This document shows positions 51,741 through 61,549 of a stretch of 64,000 nt of DNA, piece after piece. A program made the position numbers and the translations under genes. Origin of the DNA: an uncultured Spirochaetales bacterium (GTDB lineage: Bacteria > Myxococcota_A > UBA9160 > JAFDET01); contig CAYTZH010000010.1 of NCBI GenBank assembly GCA_964442285.1, positions 33,516 to 97,515 of the forward strand, in the 5' to 3' direction. The notes beneath the pieces are model-generated. The model ran no database searches and was not told the DNA's origin. It saw only the letters and a program-made list of their open reading frames with translations. Every line of letters starts with the position of its first letter. Position 1 is the first letter of the stretch.

Positions 51741-52595
51741 ATGGCCAAGGTATACGATGCCCTGCGAAGGGCGGAGGAGCAGCGGCAGAGCCGCGCCGGA
51801 GAGGCCCAACAGCCCGGGGTGGCCGCCCCCCTGAAGTGGGAGCCCCCGGCCTCGGCCGCCAAGGTGTCCAAACCGCCGTTCTGGCAGGTCTGGCGCCGCT
51901 TCCGCCGCCGCGCCGCGCCCGCCGACGTCGGCGGCGACGTGAACAAGCGCCGCATCTCCCTGCTCCAGCCCGACTCCTTCGTGGCCGAGCAGTTCCGCAC
52001 CCTGCGCGCCCGGATCGACTCCATCGCGGCCGAGCGACCCATCCGCACGGTGGTCGTGACCAGCCCCATGGCGGGGGAGGGCAAGAGCACCGCGGCGATC
52101 AACCTGGCCCTGGTCACGGCCATGCAGCTGGAGCGCCGGGTCTGCCTCGTGGACTGCGACATGCGCAAGCCCAAGGTCCACCGGGCCCTGGGTCTGCAGC
52201 CCGAGGTGGGGCTGGCCGAGGTGCTCTCCGGCGAGGCGCCGCTCGAGAAGGCCCTGATCCCCGTAGAGGGCGTCGGTCTGCAGGTCCTCGCGGTGCGGCG
52301 GCAGCCGTCGAACCCCGCGGAGCTCCTCACCACGGACCGGATGCGGGAGACCATCGAGGAGCTTGCGCGCAGCTTCGATCGCGTCATCCTGGACACCCCC
52401 GCGGCCCTGGCGCTCCCGGACGCCAAGATCGTGAGCGACCTCTGCGACGGGATCGTGATGGTCGTGCGGGCGGACGTGACCCCGCAGCAGGACGTGGAGT
52501 CCACGCTCGACTTCCTGGACCGCCGGCGGCTGCTGGGCCTGGTCCTCAACGGAGCCGAGGTCCCCCAGGGGCGCTACGCTTACTACCCCGGCTGA
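51741..52595 (+). CDS. BY-kinase-type tyrosine autokinase domain protein (EpsG-like)
   Basis: ORF 51741..52595. Walker A SPMAGEGKST, Walker A' CLVDCDMRKP, and Walker B VILDTPA. A short C-terminal Tyr cluster GRYAYYPG. Confidence 0.8.
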   Translation: MAKVYDALRRAEEQRQSRAGEAQQPGVAAPLKWEPPASAAKVSKPPFWQVWRRFRRRAAPADVGGDVNKRRISLLQPDSFVAEQFRTLRARIDSIAAERPIRTVVVTSPMAGEGKSTAAINLALVTAMQLERRVCLVDCDMRKPKVHRALGLQPEVGLAEVLSGEAPLEKALIPVEGVGLQVLAVRRQPSNPAELLTTDRMRETIEELARSFDRVILDTPAALALPDAKIVSDLCDGIVMVVRADVTPQQDVESTLDFLDRRRLLGLVLNGAEVPQGRYAYYPG

Positions 52596-52648
52596 TCGCG
52601 GCGGACATTCCCGACGGCGGCCGCGGACCCGTCGCCACGGAGCACTCG

Positions 52649-53761
52649 GTGAAGGCATCGGTCGACCTCGGCGCGCTCCTGGTCTCCTTCGTCGTAGCCC
52701 TGACCGTGGCCGCCCTGGCCACGCCCATCGTCTCGCGCCTGGCGCGCGCCTTCGAGGTCATCGACAAGCCGGGCGAGCGCAAGGTGAACGAGCGGGCCAA
52801 CATCCCCCTGCTCGGGGGCATCGCGGTGGCCCTGGGCGTCTTCGTCGGGCTCTCCGTGGCCGTGCTGCTCACCGGCGACCAGGTCGAGTACCGGGAGCAC
52901 CTCGAGGCCCTGCTGATCGGCGGGACGCTCCTGCTCGGGATCGGGGCCTACGACGATCGCTTCGCACTCCCCGCCACGCCCAAGTTCGCGGTGCAGATCG
53001 CCGTGGCGGCCATCGCCATCTACTACGGCTTCTCGATCGCCTACTTCCGGGATCCGCTCACCCAGACCTCCTGGGCCCTGCCCACGGCCGTGGTCTGGAT
53101 CCTCACGACCCTGTGGATCGTGGGGATCACCAACGCCATGAACCTGATCGACGGCCTGGACGGGCTGGCCACCGGCGTGGGGGCCATCATCGCGGCCACC
53201 CTCACCCTGGTCTGCTACCAGGCGGGTGAGCCCCTGGGCGTGTATCTCGGCGTCGTCTTCGTCGGGGCCCTGCTCGGGTTCCTGCCCTTCAACTTCCAGC
53301 CCGCGCGCATCTTCCTGGGCGACACCGGGGCGCTGTTCATCGGCTACGTCCTGGCACTGCTGGCCCTGGAGGGCTACCGGAAGTTCTCCGTGCTGACCTT
53401 CGTCGTCCCCATCCTGGCGCTGGCCGTGCCGCTCCTCGACACGGTCCTCTCGGTGCTGCGCCGGCTGCGACGCGGGAAGAACCCCTTCACGGCGGACCGC
53501 CTGCACATGCACCACCGCCTGCTGCAGTCCGAGGGCTCCCAGCGGGCTGCCGTGCTCTCGATCTACTTCCTCACGGCCTGCTTCTGCGTGATCGCCCTCT
53601 CGTTCACGAACCTGGAGGGCTTCGCGGCGATCGTGTTCCTGGCGGCCGTGATCCTGCTGACCATCCGCCTGCTCCGGAACCTCGGCTTCTTCGACCCGCC
53701 GCCCGACGAGGGCGAGCCGGCGCCGCGGGCGGCGGCGTCCGGGGAGGGCAAGGGGTCGTGA
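52649..53761 (+). CDS. WecA/MraY-family polyprenyl-phosphate N-acetylhexosamine-1-phosphate transferase (initiating transferase)
   Basis: The GTG at 52649 lies within ORF 51836..53761. Motifs [33 protein letters not shown] and RLHMHH. Confidence 0.85.
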   Translation: MKASVDLGALLVSFVVALTVAALATPIVSRLARAFEVIDKPGERKVNERANIPLLGGIAVALGVFVGLSVAVLLTGDQVEYREHLEALLIGGTLLLGIGAYDDRFALPATPKFAVQIAVAAIAIYYGFSIAYFRDPLTQTSWALPTAVVWILTTLWIVGITNAMNLIDGLDGLATGVGAIIAATLTLVCYQAGEPLGVYLGVVFVGALLGFLPFNFQPARIFLGDTGALFIGYVLALLALEGYRKFSVLTFVVPILALAVPLLDTVLSVLRRLRRGKNPFTADRLHMHHRLLQSEGSQRAAVLSIYFLTACFCVIALSFTNLEGFAAIVFLAAVILLTIRLLRNLGFFDPPPDEGEPAPRAAASGEGKGS

Positions 53762-54756
53762 GCGGCTGCGCGCTGATCACCGGCGTGACGGGCCAGGACG
53801 GCTCCTACCTGGCGGAGCTCCTGCTCGACCACGGCTACGAGGTCCACGGGATGGTGCGGCGCTCCAGCACCGAGAGCTTCGAGCGCATCGCCCACCTCCG
53901 CGGCCGGCTCGTCCTGCACCAGGCCGACCTGCTGGACCAGATCTCGCTGGTGAACCTGCTGCGGGAGGTCCGGCCCCGGGAGGTCTACAACCTCGCCGCC
54001 CAGTCGTTCGTGCCCACGTCGTGGCTGCAGCCGTCGCTCACGGGTGAGTTCACCGCGCTGGGTGTCACCCGCATGCTCGATGCGGTGCGGCTGGTCGATC
54101 CGGAGATCCGCTTCTACCAGGCCTCCAGCTCCGAGATGTTCGGGAAGGTGCGCGAGACGCCCCAGAACGAGGAGACGCCGTTCCACCCCCGCAGCCCCTA
54201 CGGCGTGGCCAAGGCCTACGGCCACTGGATCACCGTGAACTACCGGGAGAGCTTCGGCCTCTACGCCGTGTCCGGCATCCTCTTCAACCACGAGTCGCCG
54301 CGTCGGGGCCGGGAGTTCGTCACCCGCAAGATCAGCGAGACGGTCGCGCGCATCGCCCTCGGCCTGGAGGACCGGCTGGCCCTGGGCAACCTGGACGCCA
54401 AGCGCGACTGGGGCTACGCGCCCGAGTACGTCGACGCCATGTGGCGCATGCTCCAGCAGGACCGGGCGCGCGACTACGTGATCGGGACCGGCCGGCACCA
54501 CTCGGTGAAGGAGTTCGTCGACATCGCGTTCTCCCACGTGGGCCTCGATCCCGGCGACTTCGTGCGGATCGAGCCCTCCCTGGTGCGGCCGGCGGAGGTG
54601 GACACCCTGCTGGCGGATCCTTCCCGGGCCCGCGAGGAGCTCGGCTGGGCGCCCCGCACCGCCTTCGCGGACCTGGTCCGGATCATGGTGGACGCCGACC
54701 TGGAGGCCCAGGAGCGCGCCAGCGGACGCCGCCGCGGAGCGCCCGGCACCCGATGA
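53758..54756 (+). CDS. gmd: GDP-mannose 4,6-dehydratase
   Basis: ORF 53758..54756, with a GTGA overlap. Motifs [35 protein letters not shown] and [10 protein letters not shown]. Confidence 0.9.
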   Translation: MSGCALITGVTGQDGSYLAELLLDHGYEVHGMVRRSSTESFERIAHLRGRLVLHQADLLDQISLVNLLREVRPREVYNLAAQSFVPTSWLQPSLTGEFTALGVTRMLDAVRLVDPEIRFYQASSSEMFGKVRETPQNEETPFHPRSPYGVAKAYGHWITVNYRESFGLYAVSGILFNHESPRRGREFVTRKISETVARIALGLEDRLALGNLDAKRDWGYAPEYVDAMWRMLQQDRARDYVIGTGRHHSVKEFVDIAFSHVGLDPGDFVRIEPSLVRPAEVDTLLADPSRAREELGWAPRTAFADLVRIMVDADLEAQERASGRRRGAPGTR

Positions 54757-55703
54757 GTCGCCGCGCACTCGTCACGGGCGGCGCCGGCTTCATCGGTAGC
54801 CACCTGGTGGAGGGTCTGCTGGCGGCCGGCTGGGCCGTGCGGATCCTGGACGACTTCTCGACCGGGCGCACAGAGAACCTGGCGGGCGTCAGCGGCGACG
54901 TGGACGTCCGTCGGGGAGACATCCGGGAGCCGGCCACGGTGGCCGCCGCGCTCGACGGCGTCGAGGTGGTCTTCCACGAGGCGGCGATCCCTTCGGTGCC
55001 CCAGAGCGTGGACGATCCCCGCGGCACCGACGCCGTGAACGTCCACGGGACGCTCGAGCTGCTGGAGGGGGCCCGGCGCGCCGGCGTGGCCCGCTTCGTG
55101 CTCGCGGCCTCCTGCGCCGCCTACGGCGACGGCCCGGAGCTCCCCAAGCACGAGGGGCTGGTGCCGCGTCCCGCCTCGCCCTACGCCCTGCAGAAGGTGA
55201 CCTGCGAGCACTACGGCCGGCTCTACAGCGAGCTCCACGGTCTGCCCACGGTGAGCCTGCGCTACTTCAACGTCTACGGGCCGCGCCAGAATCCCGACGG
55301 GGAGTACGCCGCGGCGGTCCCCATCTTCGTCCGCGCGTTCACCAAGGGCGAGGCGCCGACGATCTTCGGCGATGGCGGCCAGACGCGCGACTTCGTGTAC
55401 GTGGGCGACGTGGTCCGGGCCAACCTGCTGGCGGTCGAATCGGAGGCGGCCGTGGGGCGTGTGGTGAACGTGGCGAGCGGGGCCCGCACGAGCATCCGGG
55501 ACCTGGTCCGCGAGATCCGCGCGCTCACCGGGTCGCGCCTCGAGCCTCGCTCGGCGCCGCCCCGGGCGGGAGACGTCCGCGACAGCGTGGCGGACCTGGA
55601 AGTCGCCCGCCGCGTGCTCGGCTACACGCCGAGCGTCGACCTGCGCGAGGGGCTCCGGCGGACGCTCGAGGGCGCCCGCACACAACCGGGAGGGGGGGCA
55701 TGA
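54753..55703 (+). CDS. NAD-dependent nucleotide-sugar 4-epimerase (GalE/WbpP-like)
   Basis: Internal ATG at 54753 of ORF 54441..55703, with an ATGA overlap. Motifs [21 protein letters not shown] and [10 protein letters not shown]. Confidence 0.8.
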   Translation: MSRRALVTGGAGFIGSHLVEGLLAAGWAVRILDDFSTGRTENLAGVSGDVDVRRGDIREPATVAAALDGVEVVFHEAAIPSVPQSVDDPRGTDAVNVHGTLELLEGARRAGVARFVLAASCAAYGDGPELPKHEGLVPRPASPYALQKVTCEHYGRLYSELHGLPTVSLRYFNVYGPRQNPDGEYAAAVPIFVRAFTKGEAPTIFGDGGQTRDFVYVGDVVRANLLAVESEAAVGRVVNVASGARTSIRDLVREIRALTGSRLEPRSAPPRAGDVRDSVADLEVARRVLGYTPSVDLREGLRRTLEGARTQPGGGA

Positions 55704-57010
55704 ACATCAGTGTGATCGGGACCGGCTACGTGGGGCTGGTCACCGGGGCCTGCTTCGCCGAGTTCGGCGTGCAGGTCACCTGCGTGGACAACGACGCCGA
55801 GAAGATCGCGGCGCTCGACCGGGGAGAGATCCCCATCTACGAGCCCGGTCTCGACGATCTCGTCAAGCGCAACGTGCGCGAGGGGCGGCTGCACTTCAGC
55901 ACCGACACCGCCGAGTCGGTGCGCAACTCCCTGGTGGTGTTCATCGCGGTGGGCACGCCGCCCAAGGCCGACGGCAGCACCGACCTCACCTACGTCGAGC
56001 AGGTGTCGCGGGAGATCGGACGGAACCTGGACAGCTACAAGGTGATCGTCACCAAGAGCACCGTCCCGGTGGGCACCTCCGGCAAGGTGAAGGCGTGGGT
56101 GCAGGCCGAGCTCGACCGGGCCGGTGCCGGCGCCCGCTTCTCGGTGGCCTCGAACCCCGAGTTCCTGCGGGAGGGCGCCGCCATCGGCGACTTCATGCGG
56201 CCCGACCGGGTGGTGATCGGCGCCGAGGACGACTCGGCCCGGGCGATCATGCAGGATCTCTACCGCCCGCTCTACCTGAACGAGACGCCCTTCGTCGTCA
56301 CCAACATTCCGACCGCCGAGCTCACCAAGTACGCCGCCAACGCCTTCCTGGCCACCAAGATCTCCTTCATCAACGAGATGGCCAATTTGTGCGAGCGGGT
56401 CGGCGGCGACGTCCAGGCCATCGCCCGCGGCATCGGGCTCGACCGGCGCATCGGACCGAAGTTCCTCCACGCGGGACCGGGCTTCGGGGGCTCGTGCTTC
56501 CCCAAGGACACGCGCTCGGCGGCCCACTTCGCCCACGAGGCCGGCGAGCGGCTCGAGGTGGTGGAGGCGGTGATCCGCGCCAACGAGCGCCAGCGCGAGC
56601 GGATGACCGAGAAGATCCGTCAGGCCGTCGGGGGTGACGCCCGCGATCGTACCATCGCGGTGCTGGGACTCTCGTTCAAGCCGGAGACCGACGACATCCG
56701 CGACGCGCCCGCCATCGACATCGTGCGGGCGCTCCTGTCCGACGGTGCGGAGGTGCGCGCCTTCGACCCGGTGGCCATGCCCAACACCGAGCCGGTGCTG
56801 CCCGAGGTCACCTACTGCAAGAATGCCTACGAGGCCTGCGAGGGCGCCGATGCGCTGGTGATCATCACCGAGTGGAACCAGTTCCGGATGCTCGATCTCG
56901 AGCGGATCCGCGCCACCCTGCGGGAGCCGCTGGTGATCGACCTGCGCAACGTGTACGAGCCCGAGTCGATGCACGCCGCCGGCTTCCGCTACGTCAGCGT
57001 CGGGCGATGA
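55700..57010 (+). CDS. ugd: UDP-glucose 6-dehydrogenase
   Basis: ORF 55700..57010, with an ATGA overlap. Motifs [27 protein letters not shown] and GFGGSCFPKD (catalytic Cys). Confidence 0.9.
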   Translation: MNISVIGTGYVGLVTGACFAEFGVQVTCVDNDAEKIAALDRGEIPIYEPGLDDLVKRNVREGRLHFSTDTAESVRNSLVVFIAVGTPPKADGSTDLTYVEQVSREIGRNLDSYKVIVTKSTVPVGTSGKVKAWVQAELDRAGAGARFSVASNPEFLREGAAIGDFMRPDRVVIGAEDDSARAIMQDLYRPLYLNETPFVVTNIPTAELTKYAANAFLATKISFINEMANLCERVGGDVQAIARGIGLDRRIGPKFLHAGPGFGGSCFPKDTRSAAHFAHEAGERLEVVEAVIRANERQRERMTEKIRQAVGGDARDRTIAVLGLSFKPETDDIRDAPAIDIVRALLSDGAEVRAFDPVAMPNTEPVLPEVTYCKNAYEACEGADALVIITEWNQFRMLDLERIRATLREPLVIDLRNVYEPESMHAAGFRYVSVGR

Positions 57011-58101
57011 GCCGATCGGCGTCCCAGCCGCGCATCCACGCCGTGGTGCTGGCGGGGGGTGCCGGGGAGCGGTTCTGGCCCGCCTCCCGGCAGCGCGTGC
57101 CGAAGCCCTTTCTCGCGCTCGGGGAGGACCGCAGCCTGATCGAGGCCACCCTCGACCGGGTGCGGCGCTTCGCCGCCCCCGACGATTGCTGGGTGGTCTG
57201 TGGCGAGGAGCACCGGCGTTCGGTGATCCGCATCACCGGATTGCCGCCCCGACGGGTGCTGGTGGAGCCCCGTCGGCGCAACACGGCCATGGCGGTGGGG
57301 CTGGCCGCGCTGCGCATCGCCGCGGAGGATCCGAGGGCCGTGATGGCGATCCTCCCCGCCGACCACCGGATCCCCGATGAGACGGCCTTCTCCCGCGCCA
57401 TGCTGCGGGCTGCCCGCGCGGCGGCGACGGCCGACGTGCTCGTCACCCTGGGGGTTCGCCCGACGCGTCCCGAGACGGGTTATGGCTACATTCAGGTCGG
57501 GAAAGCGGTGGGGTCCGCCTACCGGGGACTTCACCGTGTGCGCCGGTTTGTCGAAAAGCCGGACGAGGCCCGGGCCAGGCGCTTCCTTCGCTCCGGAGGG
57601 TTTCTCTGGAACGCCGGCATCTTCGTGTGGTCGGCGGAGACGATCCTCGGGGAGATCGAGCGCTGCGCGCCGGACCTGCACCGGGCGCTGGCTCCGGTAC
57701 GCCGCACGCCGCGGGGACGCGGCGCCGCCGATGCGATCCGTCGCGCGTACGCGCGCGCGCCGTCGCTGCCGGTGGACGTGGCGATCCTGGAGCGAAGCCG
57801 GCGGGTGTGGACACTGCCGGTGGGCTTCCGGTGGAGCGACGTGGGCACCTGGCAGTCCCTGGCCGAGGAGCTGGGCGTGCGGGCCGGCCAGAACCGGGTG
57901 CTGGGAGGAGACGTGCTGATGCACGATGCTTCCGGGAACCTGGTCTGGGGGCACCGACGCACGATCGCGTTGGTCGGCGTCGAGGGCCTCGCGGTGGTCG
58001 ACACCGGCGACGCCCTGCTGGTGGCGCGGCTGGACCGCAGCCCGGCCGTCCGCGAGATCGTGGCGGCGCTGCGAGCCGCGGACCGGGAGGATCTGACCTA
58101 G
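57007..58101 (+). CDS. manC: Mannose-1-phosphate guanylyltransferase (nucleotidyltransferase-only form)
   Basis: Internal ATG at 57007 of ORF 56872..58101, with an ATGA overlap. Motifs AVVLAGGAGERFWPASR, GYGYIQ, FVEKPD, LWNAGIFVW and WSDVGTW. Confidence 0.85.
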   Translation: MSRSASQPRIHAVVLAGGAGERFWPASRQRVPKPFLALGEDRSLIEATLDRVRRFAAPDDCWVVCGEEHRRSVIRITGLPPRRVLVEPRRRNTAMAVGLAALRIAAEDPRAVMAILPADHRIPDETAFSRAMLRAARAAATADVLVTLGVRPTRPETGYGYIQVGKAVGSAYRGLHRVRRFVEKPDEARARRFLRSGGFLWNAGIFVWSAETILGEIERCAPDLHRALAPVRRTPRGRGAADAIRRAYARAPSLPVDVAILERSRRVWTLPVGFRWSDVGTWQSLAEELGVRAGQNRVLGGDVLMHDASGNLVWGHRRTIALVGVEGLAVVDTGDALLVARLDRSPAVREIVAALRAADREDLT

Positions 58102-58136
58102 GCGTCCCGGAGACGGGGAGCCGGGGGAGGACGGAC

Positions 58137-58799
58137 ATGGCGACGGAGCACACGGTGCAGTCCCTGCGGCGGATCCCGCTCTTTGCCGGGGTCTCCGACG
58201 AGGATCTCGCGAACATGGCGTTGCACCTGATCGAGCGGAAGTACCCGCGCAACGCCACGATCGTGGAGGAGGGCCTCCCCGGCGACTACATGTACGTGAT
58301 CCACAGCGGTCGCGTGAAGGTGACCAAGCTCTCCGAGGACGGGCGCGAGAAGATCCTGGAGATGCTCGGCGAGGGCTCCTTCTTCGGGGAGATGGCGCTG
58401 CTCGACCAGGCGCCGCGCTCCGCGTCGGTCAAGACCCTCGCCCCGTCGCGGCTGCTCGCCTTGTCCCGGGCCGACTTCCAGTCGCTCCTGCGCCGCACTC
58501 CGGACCTCGCCATGGCGGTGATCCAGGAGCTCACCCGCCGCCTGCGGGAGACCAACGAGCAGGCCAGCTCGCTTTCGTTCCTGCGCGTGAAGGACCGCAC
58601 CAAGGGCCTCCTGCGCCGGCTCGCCGAGGAGCGGGAGGGACCGGCCGAGCGCCGGGTCACGCCCCAGCTCACCCATCAGCAGATCGCCGACATGATCGGC
58701 ACCTCCCGGGAGACGGTGACCCGGGTGGTGAAGGAGCTGAAGCAGGACGGCTGGCTCGAGCAGAAGGGCAAGCAGTACCTGGTTCCCGCCGAGGCCTGA
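58137..58799 (+). CDS. Crp/Fnr-family transcriptional regulator
   Basis: Internal ATG at 58137 of ORF 57627..58799, with RBS GGGGGAGGA. The cNMP-binding-like region contains IPLFAGVSDEDL and FFGEMALLD. The HTH is THQQIADMIGTSRETVTRVVKEL. Confidence 0.85.
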   Translation: MATEHTVQSLRRIPLFAGVSDEDLANMALHLIERKYPRNATIVEEGLPGDYMYVIHSGRVKVTKLSEDGREKILEMLGEGSFFGEMALLDQAPRSASVKTLAPSRLLALSRADFQSLLRRTPDLAMAVIQELTRRLRETNEQASSLSFLRVKDRTKGLLRRLAEEREGPAERRVTPQLTHQQIADMIGTSRETVTRVVKELKQDGWLEQKGKQYLVPAEA

Positions 58800-58845
58800 G
58801 CCCCGGGCGCCTCAGGCGACCCCCCGATCCACCGATACGTCCCGC

Positions 58846-60026
58846 ATGGCGTTGCGGGACGCGACCTACGCCGATCGACTGATCGACGCCCTGTCCTCGG
58901 GGCTCCTCGCCATCGACGGCGAGGGCGCGGTCGTCGTCGCCAACGCGGCCGTGCCCCGGATCCTGCGGCTCTCCGAGGAAGACCCCAGCCCGTGGATCGG
59001 GCGGCCGGTCGTCGAGGTGCTGCGGGACCGCCCCCAGGTGGCCGCGGTGCTGCTCGACGCCCTGGACGGTCGCGAGCGCCCCTCCCGCGCCGAGCTGGTC
59101 CTCGAGGCGCGCGGCGGCCTTCCGACGACCACCATCGGCTTCACCCTGACGCCGCTGCTCTGCCGCGAGGGTGCCATCGCCGGGGCCGCGATGCAGTTCC
59201 GCGACGTGACGCCCTACGAGCGCCTCGGCGAGCGGGAGCGCCTGCGCGACCGGCTGGCCGCCCTGGGCGAGATGGCGGCGGGCCTGGCCCACGAGCTCCG
59301 GAATCCGCTCGCGGGTCTCGGCGTCCTCGCGGGTCTCCTGCGCCGCCGGGTCGCCGACCGCCCCGAGGCCCTGGCTGTCGTCGAAGAGCTCAGCGCGGGC
59401 CTGCGCGGGATGACGGGCACCCTGAACGAGACCCTGGACTTCGTGCGGCCCCTGGCGCCCTCACCCGAGACCCTGGATCCGGAGTCCCTCCTCGAGGCCT
59501 GCCTCGAACGGGCCCTGGCCCGGGTGCCCTTCAAGGGACGCATCGATCGGGCCTACGCCGACGCCCTGCCCCAGCTGGTGGCCGATCCCCAGGCGCTGCG
59601 CTCGGCGCTCACCGACCTGATCGTGAACGCCCTCGAGGCGATGGCGACGCTTCCGGATGACGCCGATCCGCGGCTCGCGCTGTCGATCCGGGCAGAGGTC
59701 CATCCCACGGCCGGGCCCCCCGTGCGCGTGCGCGGGACCCTGCCGGCGGGCCCGGCGCCGGAGGCGCGCTGCGAGCTCGTCTTCGCGATCGGCGACTCCG
59801 GTCCCGGCGTGCCGCCGGATCTGCGCGACCGGATCTTCTATCCGTTCTTCACCACGAAGGGCGAGGGCTCGGGAATCGGCCTGGCCAACGCCCAGAAGGT
59901 GGCGGCGAGTCACGGCGGCGTCGTCGCGCTCGAGAGCCGCGAGGGCGAGGGAAGCGTCTTCGAGGTGCGGCTGCCCCTCGGCCCGGGCGGCGAGGGTGCC
60001 TCGGGAGCGGGCGGCGAGGGCGGGTC

Positions 60027-60030
<4 letters not shown>
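58846..60030 (+). CDS. Soluble PAS-domain sensor histidine kinase (NtrB-like); PrsK position but no membrane domain
   Basis: ORF 58846..60030. No hydrophobic segments. PAS-like N-terminus. H-box LAHELRNPL, and G-boxes DSGPGVP and GSGIGLA. Confidence 0.85.
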
Positions 60031-61499
<1,469 letters not shown>

Positions 61500-61549
61500 C
61501 AATCCGGGCTGCCCCGACTTCCGCTGCGGGGTCCCCCGGAGGTCACGCC

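Noticed and set aside
47149-51834. Giant ORFs 47149..51834(+) of 1561 aa and 47279..51382(-) of 1367 aa
   Set aside because: They have the same composition artefact. They span the OMP, chain-length determinant and ATPase genes, each of which has clear family motifs in a different frame.
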